DNA of 64,000 bases from Patescibacteria group bacterium (GTDB lineage Bacteria; Patescibacteriota; Patescibacteriia; UBA9934). The position numbers and the translations under genes are program-made. The notes beneath the pieces are model-generated. The model saw only the letters and a program-made list of their open reading frames with translations. It made no database searches and was not told the origin of the DNA. The stretch's first letter is position 1. Each line of letters opens with the position of its first letter. The stretch covers positions 20,386 through 84,385 of the forward strand of contig JBAYHI010000005.1 of the NCBI GenBank assembly GCA_041666205.1, given 5' to 3'. This document shows, piece after piece, positions 40,121-51,275 of the stretch.

Positions 40121-40375
40121 TTAGACTTTGATACTTACAAGTTGCCAACGCTTCTCTTTTGAAAGCGGGCGCATTTCTTCAATCACGACCACATCTCCAA
40201 CCGATGCTTTTTCTTCTGGATCATGCACTTTGTACTTTGTGCTGACCGCAAAGCGTTTGAGATATTTTGCGTGCAATACCGTGCGATCAACGCGAACAAC
40301 AATCGTCTTTTGCATTTTATCGGAGACGACGATGCCTTCGAGCTGACGGCGGCCTTTTTGTGTTTGTTCTGTCAT
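40121..40375 (-). CDS. rpsQ: 30S protein uS17
   Basis: [18 protein letters not shown]. Confidence 0.96.
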   Translation of the reverse strand: MTEQTQKGRRQLEGIVVSDKMQKTIVVRVDRTVLHAKYLKRFAVSTKYKVHDPEEKASVGDVVVIEEMRPLSKEKRWQLVSIKV

Positions 40376-40378
40376 ATC

Positions 40379-40579
40379 CTATTTTACTTCTTCGCGAATC
40401 GCTTGCGCGAGACGGGTTCGCATTTGTGCGATCCCTTGCTTAATGGTTCGAATTTCTCGTACATTGCGAACTTGATTCACCGAGGTTTTCATGCGCAATC
40501 CAAACAGTTGCGCTCGTGATTCCGCAAGCATTTTTTCGAGTTCACCCGACTTCTTTGATTGTAAATCTTTATATTCCAT
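40379..40579 (-). CDS. rpmC: 50S protein uL29
   Basis: Position in the operon; IR..K..IAQMRT. Confidence 0.9.
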   Translation of the reverse strand: MEYKDLQSKKSGELEKMLAESRAQLFGLRMKTSVNQVRNVREIRTIKQGIAQMRTRLAQAIREEVK

Positions 40580-40580
40580 A

Positions 40581-40994
40581 CTAGTCGCGTGTCACGAACT
40601 TTGTATTAACCGGGAGTTTATGTGCAGCCAAGCGCAAGGCTTCGCGTGCCTCCGCTTCTGTCACGCCATCCATTTCAAACAAGACGGTTCCAGGTTTCAC
40701 AGGCGTCATAAAGTAATCCACGCCACCTTTTCCTTTTCCCATTGGAACTTCTGCTCCATGGTTTGTAACTGGATGATCTGGGAAAATACGCACCCAAATT
40801 TTGCCACCGCGCTTTACGTAGTGCGTAACTGCGCGACGTGCAGCCTCGATTTGACGCGCCGTCACCCATGCCTCTGAGGTGGCTTTGAGTCCGTATTGTC
40901 CAAAATCGACAAGCGTTTTTTGTGTCGCAATGCGATCGCCGCTTGAACGGCGCTTCATTGCTTTACGGAATTTCATTTTTTTCGGCATCAACAT
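40581..40994 (-). CDS. rplP: 50S protein uL16
   Basis: QIEAAR, RIFPD, MGKGKG. Confidence 0.97.
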   Translation of the reverse strand: MLMPKKMKFRKAMKRRSSGDRIATQKTLVDFGQYGLKATSEAWVTARQIEAARRAVTHYVKRGGKIWVRIFPDHPVTNHGAEVPMGKGKGGVDYFMTPVKPGTVLFEMDGVTEAEAREALRLAAHKLPVNTKFVTRD

Positions 40995-41003
40995 ATTCCC
41001 TGA

Positions 41004-41693
41004 TTATGACACGTTGCGGCGCACAGGCTTTTCGAGTACCTGTTTTTCCGCGGTTTCAAAAACTTCTCCTTTATAAATCCACACCTTTACCCCAATGGTT
41101 CCCCAAATCGTATGTGCAGTCACGCGTGCGAAATCAATATCGGCACGAAGATTGTGGAGTGGAATACTTCCTTCTGAACGTGCTTCGCGACGTGCAATTT
41201 CTGATCCATTCAAACGACCACCAACCATGACGCGTACCCCTTTGGCACCGGATTTCATAACGCGTTCCACCGCCATTTTAAGCGATCGACGGAATGGCAT
41301 ACGCTTTTCGATTTCGCTCGCGATTTGCTGACCAACGATGCGAGCAGAAAGCGATGGATGCGCAACTTCCGAAACGTTCACCGTGAGCGCAATGCGCTTG
41401 CCACGGAAGAACTTTTTCTGAATTTTCTTTGTGAGTTCTTCGATTCCAGCGCCAGCTCGGCCAATAATAAACCCTGGTTTGCCGGAATAAATCGTCACGG
41501 AAATTTTATTGGAATTGCGATCAATCATGATGGAATCCACGCTTGCCTCCTTGAGTTCTTTCATGAGATATTCACGAATGCGAACATCATCTCGAAGAAA
41601 CCCAACGAAATTTTTTCGTGAGGCGAACCATTTCGAATCCCAACGATAAATCGTTGAAAGTCGGAAGACTTTTGGATGAATCTTTGTTCCCAT
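41004..41693 (-). CDS. rpsC: 30S protein uS3
   Basis: KPGFIIGR, GRLNGSEIAR, PLHNLRADID. Confidence 0.97.
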   Translation of the reverse strand: MGTKIHPKVFRLSTIYRWDSKWFASRKNFVGFLRDDVRIREYLMKELKEASVDSIMIDRNSNKISVTIYSGKPGFIIGRAGAGIEELTKKIQKKFFRGKRIALTVNVSEVAHPSLSARIVGQQIASEIEKRMPFRRSLKMAVERVMKSGAKGVRVMVGGRLNGSEIARREARSEGSIPLHNLRADIDFARVTAHTIWGTIGVKVWIYKGEVFETAEKQVLEKPVRRNVS

Positions 41694-41694
41694 A

Positions 41695-42108
41695 TTAGTT
41701 CTTCACTTCTTTAACCGCACGAGCGTTGCGAGCGCGTGGTGTTTTTGAAATTGTGGCGTCTGGCATCTTGGCGGATTCCATCTCGTCGAGCACCAAGGTG
41801 ATGTGCGACATACGCTTTCGAATTGGCGTTGCGCTTCCATGTGCCTTTGGCGTCATGCGATGAATTTTTGGCCCTTCGTTTACGAATGCCTTGGCAATTT
41901 TCATCTTAATCGGATCCAACTGATAATTATGCACCGCATTGGCTTTGGCAGATCGAAGGAGTTTCAATACAACCTTTGCGGCATCTTTATTGCTGAACAA
42001 AAGTTGATGTTCTGCATCGGTGACAGAACGACCTCGCACCAAATCAACAACCAACCGAGTTTTTCGGGGGGCGATGCGAATAAATTTTGCACTCACGGTA
42101 ATCGTCAT
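41695..42108 (-). CDS. rplV: 50S protein uL22
   Basis: APRKTRLV, SAKANA, SHIT. Confidence 0.96.
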   Translation of the reverse strand: MTITVSAKFIRIAPRKTRLVVDLVRGRSVTDAEHQLLFSNKDAAKVVLKLLRSAKANAVHNYQLDPIKMKIAKAFVNEGPKIHRMTPKAHGSATPIRKRMSHITLVLDEMESAKMPDATISKTPRARNARAVKEVKN

Positions 42109-42111
42109 ACA

Positions 42112-42441
42112 TTATTTTTTTACAGGAGCGGCAGGTGCGCCAGCAACAGGAGCTCCTGGTTTTCCGGCTTCCACAACTTCCGAAACCTTTCCGCCATGGC
42201 GGAAGAATTTACGTGTTGGAGAAAATTCCCCAAGTTTGTGGCCAACCATATTTTCCTCAATGCGAACCTGAATGAAGTTGCGCCCATTGTGTACGGCAAA
42301 TGTGAATCCAACCATTTGAGGTGCAATCGTCGAAGAACGTGCCCAGGTTTTAATGACCGTTTTGTCGCCAATGCGAAGCTTGCCCACTTTTTCCATGAGC
42401 TTTGCGTCGATGAATGGCCCTTTTTTCAAACTACGTGTCAT
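42112..42441 (-). CDS. rpsS: 30S protein uS19
   Basis: [19 protein letters not shown]. Confidence 0.97.
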   Translation of the reverse strand: MTRSLKKGPFIDAKLMEKVGKLRIGDKTVIKTWARSSTIAPQMVGFTFAVHNGRNFIQVRIEENMVGHKLGEFSPTRKFFRHGGKVSEVVEAGKPGAPVAGAPAAPVKK

Positions 42442-42443
42442 AT

Positions 42444-43277
42444 TTATTTTTGGTAACGACGGCGAATAATCAAGAGGTCGGTTGGACCTGCCTTGCGTGT
42501 ACGAACACCAAGCGCATGTTTTCCTTGTGCCGTCTTTGGATACTTCAAACCAATGGAGTTCTTTCCTTCACCACCGCCGTGTGGGTGATCACATGGGTTC
42601 ATAACTTTTCCACGAACGGTTGGTCGAATGCTACGCATACGTGTGCGTCCAGCCTTTCCCCAACGAACAAGTCGCCAATCTGGATTTGAAACAGAACCAA
42701 CAGTTGCCATGCAGGAAGCAAGCACCATGCGCATTTCACCTGACGGCAAACGCACCGTGGCATATTCCCCTTCAATGGCCAATAGCATTGCACTGGTACC
42801 AGCACCTCGAACAATTTGTCCGCCTTTGCCAGGCTGCAATTCGATATTATAAATTGTTGCCCCTTCTGGAATATAGGCGAGTGGGAAACGTGATCCTGGA
42901 ATTGGATCGCCTTTTTCCTTGGAAGAAATAACACTCATGCCAACCGAAAGACCCTGTGGCGCGAGGATGTAGCGCTTTTCGCCATCGCGATACGTAACAA
43001 GCGCAATACGCGCACCACGATTTGGATCGTATTCAATGGTTGAAATCGTGCCTGGAATTTCAAACTTATCCTGTTTCCAGTCAATAACGCGGATGTGACG
43101 CTTCACGCCACCGCCACGATGTCGCACCGTAATTTTTCCGGTTAGACAACGGCCAGCCTGTTCTTTTTGGCTTACCAAAAGTGGACGGTACGGCGTATTG
43201 GTCGTGACGTCCGAAAAAGACTGAACGCTTGAATTGCGTCGTCCGGCGGAAGTTGGTTTGTAGATTTTAATTCCCAT
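42444..43277 (-). CDS. rplB: 50S protein uL2
   Basis: [19 protein letters not shown]. Confidence 0.97.
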   Translation of the reverse strand: MGIKIYKPTSAGRRNSSVQSFSDVTTNTPYRPLLVSQKEQAGRCLTGKITVRHRGGGVKRHIRVIDWKQDKFEIPGTISTIEYDPNRGARIALVTYRDGEKRYILAPQGLSVGMSVISSKEKGDPIPGSRFPLAYIPEGATIYNIELQPGKGGQIVRGAGTSAMLLAIEGEYATVRLPSGEMRMVLASCMATVGSVSNPDWRLVRWGKAGRTRMRSIRPTVRGKVMNPCDHPHGGGEGKNSIGLKYPKTAQGKHALGVRTRKAGPTDLLIIRRRYQK

Positions 43278-43282
43278 ACAGT

Positions 43283-43774
43283 CTATACCCCTTCAAAAAT
43301 ATCAATGTGCGTTCCTTTTGGAACAGCAATGTAAGCTTTCTTGCGATTTGACTGTTTCCCCTCAGAGCGACCGAATCGAATGTGCTTTCCACGAATATTC
43401 ACCAAGTTTACGCGAATTGGCATCACATGGTAAAGCTCCTTGAACGCCTGCTTGATGGCAATGCGATTTGCATTGACTGCAACATCAAAGACCAATACAT
43501 TCTCGTCGGCCATATGAGCGCTTTTTTCTGAAACGACCGGACGAAGAAGTGTTTTTGTGACTTTTTCTGAAAGCATGGTATATGCCGGCTTCTTTTCTGG
43601 AGCCGCTTCTTTCTTTGTTGCTTTCTTGGTAGTTTTCTTTTCCGCTACGGGTGTTTTTACATCCGAAGTCTCCGCAGGGTTTTCTGCGTCGGCTTGCACC
43701 TTATTCTGAGCTGTTACAATGCTCTTTTTTTCTGGTGCTTCTTTTTCTTTTTGAAATCGTGAAAGAATACCCAT
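43283..43774 (-). CDS. rplW: 50S protein uL23 with low-complexity N-extension
   Basis: PVVSEKS...KKAYI core preceded by about 70 K/E/A/T-rich residues. Confidence 0.92.
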   Translation of the reverse strand: MGILSRFQKEKEAPEKKSIVTAQNKVQADAENPAETSDVKTPVAEKKTTKKATKKEAAPEKKPAYTMLSEKVTKTLLRPVVSEKSAHMADENVLVFDVAVNANRIAIKQAFKELYHVMPIRVNLVNIRGKHIRFGRSEGKQSNRKKAYIAVPKGTHIDIFEGV

Positions 43775-43775
43775 A

Positions 43776-44408
43776 TTAGCGTTGGTAACAGTTAACAAGC
43801 AATCCGATGGCCGCCTTTGAGGCGATCACGTATTGGTATTTCACCAAATCGCGAACGTTCAAACTTCCAGCGCACATCGTGCATGTTTTTGGAATATTTT
43901 TTGACGCACGCACAACTGCAACATCTTTTGGTGTGGTCAAAATAAGTGTTGATTTCCCCTGACCTGGAAGAGATTTACGCAAGGCAATCATTTGCTTTGT
44001 TTTTGCGTCTCCAGCAGTGAATTCTTCTACCGCAAGGAATTGATCTGCGGCAAGACGATCAGACAAAACCATTGCGAGCGCTTTTCGTTTTGCAACTTTG
44101 TTCATTTTTTTGCCAAAAACACGCTTCGTGGTTGGACCAAATGTTACACCACCACCGATCCAAATTGGAGATCGGGAAGAGCCGTGACGAGCACGACCTG
44201 TTCCTTTCTGTTTCCATGGCTTTTTTCCACCACCACTCACTTCGCTGCGATCAAGTGTGCTCGCCAAGCGAATGCGGCTGTTTTCATCTTGTGCAACAAT
44301 GGCCTCATGCACGAGTTCTTTATTCATGGACACGGCAAACAAAGAATCCGGTACTTCTACCGTTCCTGTTTTTTGCCCGTCTTTACTGTAAAGCGTTACA
44401 TTTGCCAT
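43776..44408 (-). CDS. rplD: 50S protein uL4
   Basis: GGKKPWKQKGTGRARHGS. Confidence 0.97.
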   Translation of the reverse strand: MANVTLYSKDGQKTGTVEVPDSLFAVSMNKELVHEAIVAQDENSRIRLASTLDRSEVSGGGKKPWKQKGTGRARHGSSRSPIWIGGGVTFGPTTKRVFGKKMNKVAKRKALAMVLSDRLAADQFLAVEEFTAGDAKTKQMIALRKSLPGQGKSTLILTTPKDVAVVRASKNIPKTCTMCAGSLNVRDLVKYQYVIASKAAIGLLVNCYQR

Positions 44409-45019
44409 ACATTTCCTTTAGTTGAAACAATCGTAATGAAAGACCCTGGAGCTCCTGGAATTGCGCCTTTCACTGCGATCGTATTGTTCTTTGAGTCAAT
44501 TTCCACCACTTCCAAATTCTTGACCGTAACGCGATCTCCTCCCATACGGCCACCCATACGCATCCCTTTAAAGACACGCTGGTTTCCGCCCGATCCAATA
44601 GAACCGGAATGACGTTCTTGGTCTTTGTGACCGTGGCTTGATGGATGCCCGTGGAATCGGTGACGTTTCACAACACCCTGAGTTCCACGACCTTTTGTGG
44701 TTCCAACGACATTGATCTTTTCCCCGATCGTAAACGAAGCAACATTAATTTCTTGGCCTCGCTCAACAACATCCCCTTCTGAAACTGGGAATTCACGTAC
44801 GAGCGCAAACATCCCAAGATCGCCCCAATCCTCTCGTTGTGGCTTTGCAATGTTTTTCTTTGATCCGTAGCCAACACTCATGGTTTTTTGACCATTTTCA
44901 TTGGTACGAATTGCGGTCACGATACAAGGACCTGCTTCCACAAGGGTAACAGGAACAATGCTTCCGTCTTCACGGAATAACTGCGTCATGACTTTCTTTC
45001 TCCCTAAGAGGACTTTCAT
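44396..45019 (-). CDS. rplC: 50S protein uL3
   Basis: GRKKVMTQ, KGRGTQGVVKRH, KGAIPG; start moved to MKVLL. Confidence 0.96.
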   Translation of the reverse strand: MKVLLGRKKVMTQLFREDGSIVPVTLVEAGPCIVTAIRTNENGQKTMSVGYGSKKNIAKPQREDWGDLGMFALVREFPVSEGDVVERGQEINVASFTIGEKINVVGTTKGRGTQGVVKRHRFHGHPSSHGHKDQERHSGSIGSGGNQRVFKGMRMGGRMGGDRVTVKNLEVVEIDSKNNTIAVKGAIPGAPGSFITIVSTKGNVWQM

Positions 45020-45289
45020 ACTGCGAAGTTCATTAGGCTCTGGTATAAAAAACCAGAAGTTGTGATGCGTGTTTTGACCACACATAACAGCTTCTAGCCC
45101 TGAAAAAACAAGAGCCGATTGATTCAGGTTTTGCGATTGTGAAACTCTCCTTTATAAATCCTTTTCCCCGAAGCACGAGAAGGTTTTCCGCAATGGATCT
45201 CTCTTCTTGGTTCGTACGAAATGGTGATTGAAGCTTGCAGGCTTCCGGCAGATGAGTTTTGTCATCTCTCGGCAGCCTGCAAGAGGCTA

Positions 45290-45622
45290 CTACATTTTAA
45301 TCTCGACGTCTACCCCCGCTGGAAGGTTGAGGGTCATGAGAGCATCAACCGTGGCTGGAGTGAAATCCACGATGTCTACAAGACGCTTGTGAATGCGCAT
45401 CTCATATTGATCGCGAGATTTTTTGTGAATGAAGGTCGAACGGTTCACAGTATAGCGTCGGCGTTCCGTTGGAAGTGGAACCGGACCTAAAACACGTGCA
45501 CCGCTTCGTTCTGCGGTTTTGATAATCGTTTCCGCAGCTGCGTCGATGATCTTGTGATCATAGGCGCGAATCTTGATGCGAATTCGCTGTTTGGCTTCCT
45601 CCGTTTGTTTCGTCTGTGCCAT
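45290..45622 (-). CDS. rpsJ: 30S protein uS10
   Basis: [21 protein letters not shown]. Confidence 0.97.
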   Translation of the reverse strand: MAQTKQTEEAKQRIRIKIRAYDHKIIDAAAETIIKTAERSGARVLGPVPLPTERRRYTVNRSTFIHKKSRDQYEMRIHKRLVDIVDFTPATVDALMTLNLPAGVDVEIKM

Positions 45623-45687
45623 AGATAAGGTACGTTCTTTCATGAAGAAGAGAGGAAAGACGGGATGTCTTCCCTCTCTTTTCAAAT

Positions 45688-46872
45688 TTACTCAAGAATT
45701 TGTGTTACAACACCAGCGCCAACGGTTCGGCCACCCTCGCGGATCGCAAAACGCATTTTCTCTTCCATAGCAACTGGTTGAATAAGCTCGATGGTGACGG
45801 AGTGCATGGTGTCGCCTGGCATAACCATTTCGGCACCTTCTCCAAGATCGATAAGTTCACCGGTTACGTCGGTTGTACGAACGTAGAACTGTGGCTTATA
45901 GCCCTTGAAAAATGGTTTATGACGTCCGCCTTCCTCTTTTGTGAGGGCGTACAATTCGCCAACGAATTTCTTATGTGGCTTCACGGATTTTGGTGCGGAC
46001 AAAACCATGCCGCGCATGACATCTTCTTTCTTGATTCCGCGGAGCAAGACACCGGCGTTATCGCCAGCCATGCCTTCGTTCAAGGTTTTGTTGAACATTT
46101 CGATTCCTGTAACAACGGACTGTTGTGTGTCGCGAAGACCGACAATTTCAACTGCATCGTTCACATGAACCTGTCCTCGCTCAATACGACCAGTTACCAC
46201 CGTGCCTCGTCCTTCAATGGAGAAGACGTCTTCGATTGGCATGAGGAATGGTTTGTCGATTTCGCGGGCTGGAAGTGGGATGTATTCATCGAGTGTTTTT
46301 ACGAGCTCGACAATAGACTTCTGAGCTTCGGCATCGCCTTCCACAGCTTTCAAGGCTGAACCACGAATAATTGGCGTGGTGTCGCCTGGGTAATGATATT
46401 GCTTAAGCAAATCGCGGATTTCCTCTTCAACGAGGTCAATAAGTTCTGGATCATCAACCATGTCAACTTTGTTGAGGTAAACAACAATTGTTGGCACGCC
46501 AACTTGATAGGCCAAAAGAATGTGCTCACGTGTTTGTGGCATTGGACCGTCAGCTGCTGAAACGACCAAAATTGCACCATCCATTTGAGCAGCGCCCGTG
46601 ATCATGTTCTTCACATAATCGGCGTGTCCTGGACAGTCAACGTGCGCATAGTGACGTGTCTCGGATTCGTACTCAACGTGTGAGGTTGAGATGGTAATCC
46701 CACGCTCGCGCTCTTCTGGTGAGTTATCGATCTGATCGTAGGCTTTTTTCTGACTTGCTGGTGAAAAAAGCGTTGAGAGCGCTGCCGTAAGCGTCGTCTT
46801 ACCGTGGTCAACGTGACCAATGGTTCCGACGTTCACATGTGGCTTTGCTCGGTTGAAGTTTTCTGCTGCCAT
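45688..46872 (-). CDS. tuf: Elongation factor Tu
   Basis: [20 protein letters not shown]. Confidence 0.98.
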   Translation of the reverse strand: MAAENFNRAKPHVNVGTIGHVDHGKTTLTAALSTLFSPASQKKAYDQIDNSPEERERGITISTSHVEYESETRHYAHVDCPGHADYVKNMITGAAQMDGAILVVSAADGPMPQTREHILLAYQVGVPTIVVYLNKVDMVDDPELIDLVEEEIRDLLKQYHYPGDTTPIIRGSALKAVEGDAEAQKSIVELVKTLDEYIPLPAREIDKPFLMPIEDVFSIEGRGTVVTGRIERGQVHVNDAVEIVGLRDTQQSVVTGIEMFNKTLNEGMAGDNAGVLLRGIKKEDVMRGMVLSAPKSVKPHKKFVGELYALTKEEGGRHKPFFKGYKPQFYVRTTDVTGELIDLGEGAEMVMPGDTMHSVTIELIQPVAMEEKMRFAIREGGRTVGAGVVTQILE

Positions 46873-46929
46873 AAAAAAATGTGAATTGTGGCTTGAATTG
46901 CCTTTTTTATTTAGTTTTGAGGTGCGACG

Positions 46930-46958
46930 AGTATAACAAATGCCTCTAAATAATGCAA
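46930..46958 (-). promoter_or_regulatory. Sigma70-type promoter of tuf
   Basis: TTGCAT-17 bp-TATACT with extended TG. Confidence 0.7.
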
Positions 46959-47024
46959 GTCCTTGAATCTATGAGGATTTTTGTAGATAATCTCAATCGA
47001 TTCTTGGCGAATAATAGCGAGTTT

Positions 47025-47381
47025 CTAGGATTCAATTGGCTCGAGATAAAACTGCTCTTCCGAAAGTGGTAAATCGCCATTTTCTTGGTTTTTTTGCTCT
47101 TTTACATCGGGCACAATTTTTTCCGGTTCCAATACGATTTTTTCTGACGCAGGTTCAACGCGCGTTTCCAAAAAATCCTCTGGGATTTCCTCAAGCGGAA
47201 TATCCTCGAGCGGGAGCTCTTCCCCATCCCAACATTCGCATGGGTGATCCAGGATGAGTTCCTCGTATAGATCGATCCCCAGGAGGACCATGGGCTCGTG
47301 ACCCTCGGGATCGGTCACAATGAGAGGTGCTCCGGTTTTTCGCGCAAGCGCCATAAGGCGCGCAAGTTGTTCTGAATTCAT
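47025..47381 (-). CDS. Hypothetical protein with Phd/YefM-like N-terminus and acidic tail
   Basis: ARKTGAPLIVT..G.EPMVLL...YEEL followed by an E/P-rich region. Confidence 0.7.
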   Translation of the reverse strand: MNSEQLARLMALARKTGAPLIVTDPEGHEPMVLLGIDLYEELILDHPCECWDGEELPLEDIPLEEIPEDFLETRVEPASEKIVLEPEKIVPDVKEQKNQENGDLPLSEEQFYLEPIES

Positions 47382-47424
47382 ACCCGGCTATCTTATCCTA
47401 TTCATCGGCAAGGTCAAGATATAA

Positions 47425-47454
47425 AAAAGACCCGCCACAAGGGCGAGTCTTTTC
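47425..47454 (-). terminator. Terminator after fusA
   Basis: Minus strand AAAAGACTCGCC-CTTGT-GGCGGGTCTTTTTT. Confidence 0.75.
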
Positions 47455-47466
47455 GTTTTTTGATTT

Positions 47467-49557
47467 TTACTTTGCGTTGCGCTTTTCAACAATTGCTTGC
47501 GCGACGTTATTTGGCACTTCGCTATACTTATCAAATTGCATGGTATAGCTAGCGCGTCCTTGGGAAACAGATCGCACGGTTGTGGAGTAGCCAAACATTT
47601 CAGCAAGTGGCACGAGTGCGCGAACCGTTTTCACATTTCCGCGATCGCCCATTTCTTGGATTTGAGCACGCTTGGAGTTCAAATCCCCAACGATTGCGCC
47701 CATAAAATCTTCTGGTGTCACAACTTCAACGCTCATGATTGGCTCCAACAGAACTGGCTTTGCTGCTTTTGCCGCAGTTTGGAATGCCATGGATCCAGCC
47801 ATCTTAAAGGCGGATTCGTTTGAGTCAACTTCGTGGTAAGAACCATCAAATACCGTGACAAGAATTTTGATCATTGGGTACCCAGCAACCACACCACGAT
47901 CCATCGCTTCGCGTGCGCCTTTTTCAATTGGCGAAATATATTCTCGAGGAATACACCCACCTTTTGTTGCGTCAACGAATTCGAAGTTCTTTGCTTCTGG
48001 ATTTTCGTTTGGTTCAACTTTGAGCCAGCAGTGACCGTACTGACCACGACCACCGGATTGTTTGATGTACTTTCCTTCGCCTTCGGCAGCCGTGCGAATG
48101 GTTTCGCGGTAGCTAACTTGTGGGCGGCCAACGTTGACTTCCACGCCGTATTCTCGTTTCAAACGGTCAACGATAATTTCCAAGTGAAGTTCTCCCATAC
48201 CCGACACGATCGTTTGAAGGGTTTCTTCATCGGTGTGTACTTTGAAGGTTGGATCTTCTTCCGCGAGTTTTTGCAACGCGATTGCCAATTTTTCTTGATC
48301 GGCTTTTGTAAGAGGCTCAAGCGCAAGCGAGATAACCGGTTCTGGGAAGATGATGGATTCAAGCACAATTGGATGATCTGGATCACAAAGCGTGTGACCA
48401 GTGAATGTTCCTTTGAGACCGACGGCCGCGGCAATATCGCCAGCGTAAACTTCCGTTACATCTTCGCGGTGATTTGCGTGCAAGCGAACGATGCGTGAAA
48501 TGCGTTCCTTATTTCCGGTGGAGGCATTCAACACATAGGTTCCAGCTTTGAGAACGCCGGAGTACACACGGAAGAAGGCAAGCTTTCCAACGAATGGATC
48601 GGCTGCGATTTTGAATGCAAGGGCGGCAAATGGGGCTTCATCGGATGCTGTTCGTTCAATCGGTTTTTGTTCTGCATCATCTGGATCAAACCCAACCATT
48701 GGTGGCACATCGGTTGGTGCTGGAAGATAATCCACAACTGCATCAAGCAAAAGCTGGACGCCTTTGTTCTTGAGAGCGGATCCGCAAAGAATTGGGAAAA
48801 TGTCAGAGTGAATCACGGCCTTGCGAAGCACGGGCTTCAATTCTTCTGTGGTGATTTCTTGACCGGCCAAATATTTATTCATGAGGCCTTCATCGTTTTC
48901 AACAATGGCCTCTACAAGTTGTGCGCGATATTCTTTTGCTTTTTCAACGTACTCAGCTGGAATATCAATTTCTTCAATGTTTTTTCCCAAATCGTCGCTA
49001 TACATGAACGCACGCATTTTCATGAGGTCCACAAGACCAATGAATCCATCTTCAACGCCAATAGGAAGCTGCAATGGGAATGCTTTCTTTGTGAGACGGG
49101 TGTGGATGGAGGCAACGTCTTTATAGAAATCCGCTCCCGTACGATCGAGTTTATTGATAAAACAAATTCGCGGTACATGATATTTGTCCGCCTGACGCCA
49201 TACGGTTTCAGATTGTGGCTCTACACCTGCAACGCCGTCGAAAACCGTAACGCCGCCATCGAGTACGCGAAGTGATCGTTCGACTTCAACCGTGAAGTCT
49301 ACGTGCCCTGGAGTATCAATGAGGTTAATGCGATGATCTTTCCAAAAACAGGTTGTGGCAGCCGCGGTAATGGTGATTCCGCGCTCTTGCTCCTGCTCCA
49401 TCCAGTCCATTTCGGCAGCACCTTCGTGCACTTCCCCGATTTTATGTTTCTTTCCGGTGTAGAAAAGCACACGCTCGGAACACGTTGTTTTTCCAGCGTC
49501 AATATGGGCAATAATCCCAATATTGCGAGTTCGCTCAAGTGGATACTCACGGGGCAT
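47467..49557 (-). CDS. fusA: Elongation factor G
   Basis: [23 protein letters not shown]. Confidence 0.98.
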   Translation of the reverse strand: MPREYPLERTRNIGIIAHIDAGKTTCSERVLFYTGKKHKIGEVHEGAAEMDWMEQEQERGITITAAATTCFWKDHRINLIDTPGHVDFTVEVERSLRVLDGGVTVFDGVAGVEPQSETVWRQADKYHVPRICFINKLDRTGADFYKDVASIHTRLTKKAFPLQLPIGVEDGFIGLVDLMKMRAFMYSDDLGKNIEEIDIPAEYVEKAKEYRAQLVEAIVENDEGLMNKYLAGQEITTEELKPVLRKAVIHSDIFPILCGSALKNKGVQLLLDAVVDYLPAPTDVPPMVGFDPDDAEQKPIERTASDEAPFAALAFKIAADPFVGKLAFFRVYSGVLKAGTYVLNASTGNKERISRIVRLHANHREDVTEVYAGDIAAAVGLKGTFTGHTLCDPDHPIVLESIIFPEPVISLALEPLTKADQEKLAIALQKLAEEDPTFKVHTDEETLQTIVSGMGELHLEIIVDRLKREYGVEVNVGRPQVSYRETIRTAAEGEGKYIKQSGGRGQYGHCWLKVEPNENPEAKNFEFVDATKGGCIPREYISPIEKGAREAMDRGVVAGYPMIKILVTVFDGSYHEVDSNESAFKMAGSMAFQTAAKAAKPVLLEPIMSVEVVTPEDFMGAIVGDLNSKRAQIQEMGDRGNVKTVRALVPLAEMFGYSTTVRSVSQGRASYTMQFDKYSEVPNNVAQAIVEKRNAK

Positions 49558-49577
49558 AAAAAAGTTGGTAAAAGAGT

Positions 49578-50048
49578 TTAGTGACGAGCAAAGTGAGCAA
49601 AGGCACGGTTGGCTTCTGCCATGCGCTGAACATCAGCGCGCTTTTTAACAGCTTCTCCTTCATTGTTTGCAGCGGCCATGATTTCTGCAGCAAGGCGCTC
49701 TGCCATTGGTTTTCCTTTTTTGGCACGAGCTGCGGCAAGAATCCAGCGATATGCCAATGCATAGCGACGATCCCCGCGAACTGGCACTGGAACTTGATAG
49801 TTTGCACCACCAACGCGACGGGATTTTACTTCAACAGCTGGGATCGTATTTCGGAGTGCTGTTTCAAAAACCTCGTTTGGTTTCTGCTTGGTTTCTTTCT
49901 CAATGATATCAAATGCAGAATAAACCACGTATTCAGCAACGGTCTTTTTTCCGCTGAACATAACGTAGTTGATAAGTTTTGTGACGAGCACGCTTCCGTA
50001 TTTATAATCGGCTGGCAATTCTCGTTTTTGCGATTGTTTTCCACGCAT
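49578..50048 (-). CDS. rpsG: 30S protein uS7
   Basis: [22 protein letters not shown]. Confidence 0.97.
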   Translation of the reverse strand: MRGKQSQKRELPADYKYGSVLVTKLINYVMFSGKKTVAEYVVYSAFDIIEKETKQKPNEVFETALRNTIPAVEVKSRRVGGANYQVPVPVRGDRRYALAYRWILAAARAKKGKPMAERLAAEIMAAANNEGEAVKKRADVQRMAEANRAFAHFARH

Positions 50049-50121
50049 AGGGCAGGTGTTATGCTCCGTTGTCTTCCCACCGTGGCGGTGGTACTCGGAG
50101 CTGAATTATTTTAGTTGAAAT

Positions 50122-50541
50122 CTATTTCTTTGGACGCTTGACTCCGTATACAGAACGGCTGCGATGACGACCTTCCACACCGGAAGTATCATATCGACCG
50201 CGAACAATGTGATAGCGCACACCAGGAAGGTCTTTTACGCGACCGCCACGAATCATGACGATAGAGTGTTCCTGCAAGTTATGCCCTTCCCCTGGGATGT
50301 AGGCGTTAACTTCAGCGCCGTTTGAAAGTCGCACACGCGCAATCTTTCGGAGAGCGGAGTTTGGTTTCTTTGGCGTCATGGTTGTAACACGCGTACAAAC
50401 GCCACGTCGAAATGGAGCACCGGCAGAAAGCTCGGTCTTTTTTCGGTGAAGCGTATCAAGGGTGAACTGCATGGCCGGAGATTTGGACTTTTTCTTCTGG
50501 CTTGTGCGTCCTTTTCGAATCAATTGTTGGATTGTTGGCAT
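50122..50541 (-). CDS. rpsL: 30S protein uS12
   Basis: [20 protein letters not shown]. Confidence 0.97.
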   Translation of the reverse strand: MPTIQQLIRKGRTSQKKKSKSPAMQFTLDTLHRKKTELSAGAPFRRGVCTRVTTMTPKKPNSALRKIARVRLSNGAEVNAYIPGEGHNLQEHSIVMIRGGRVKDLPGVRYHIVRGRYDTSGVEGRHRSRSVYGVKRPKK

Positions 50542-50598
50542 AAAAAATTGTGGCGCAACTGTATCACGCCCAAGAAAACCGGTCAAGTTGGCAATATC

Positions 50599-51273
50599 CT
50601 AGAACAGCATCCCTAAAAGATTGGTGCAGGAAACGCCCATGAGCGCATTGCATGTTGCATAGGCCGGGGCGCTTACAAAGAAGAAAACATCGAAATTTGA
50701 AATGAGGGATAAAATCACAAGGACCAAAAGCACCTGTGGCCCATAGGTGGCGATGGCGATGCGAAGTCTTGCATGCTCGGGTTTGACGAGGAGCGCGTCG
50801 ATAATTTTTGATCCATCCAAGGGGGCAATCGGGATGATATTGAAAAATACCAAGAACAAATTGATAACGATGAGAAGCACTAAAAATGCTGGCAAGAGCG
50901 AGGTAAGACTCACCACGCCCGTAAGAATGAGCGCACGGAATGCAATCGCGGCGAGCGTTGCCATGATGATATTTGCCGCAGGACCCGCGAGTGCGATAAT
51001 CACAGAATCCCAGCGAGGATTTTTCAAATTGTATGGATTGAATGGAACCGGCTTTGCCCAACCAAACCCCAGCAGCAATAATGGAAGCAACCCAAATAAA
51101 TCCACGTGAGCCAGAGGATTGAGCGTAAGTCGGCCCATGGATTCTGCGGTGTGATCGCCCAAACGCATGGCCATATACGCGTGCGCAAATTCATGCACCG
51201 TCATGGCAATGATAATTGCAAACACCCAGACCAATGCGAGGATTGGCGTTGACAAGAGAAGGTTCAAAAACAT
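50599..51273 (-). CDS. Site-2 protease (M50)
   Basis: HEFAH, NIIPIAPLDG. Confidence 0.93.
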   Translation of the reverse strand: MFLNLLLSTPILALVWVFAIIIAMTVHEFAHAYMAMRLGDHTAESMGRLTLNPLAHVDLFGLLPLLLLGFGWAKPVPFNPYNLKNPRWDSVIIALAGPAANIIMATLAAIAFRALILTGVVSLTSLLPAFLVLLIVINLFLVFFNIIPIAPLDGSKIIDALLVKPEHARLRIAIATYGPQVLLVLVILSLISNFDVFFFVSAPAYATCNALMGVSCTNLLGMLF

Positions 51274-51275
51274 AG

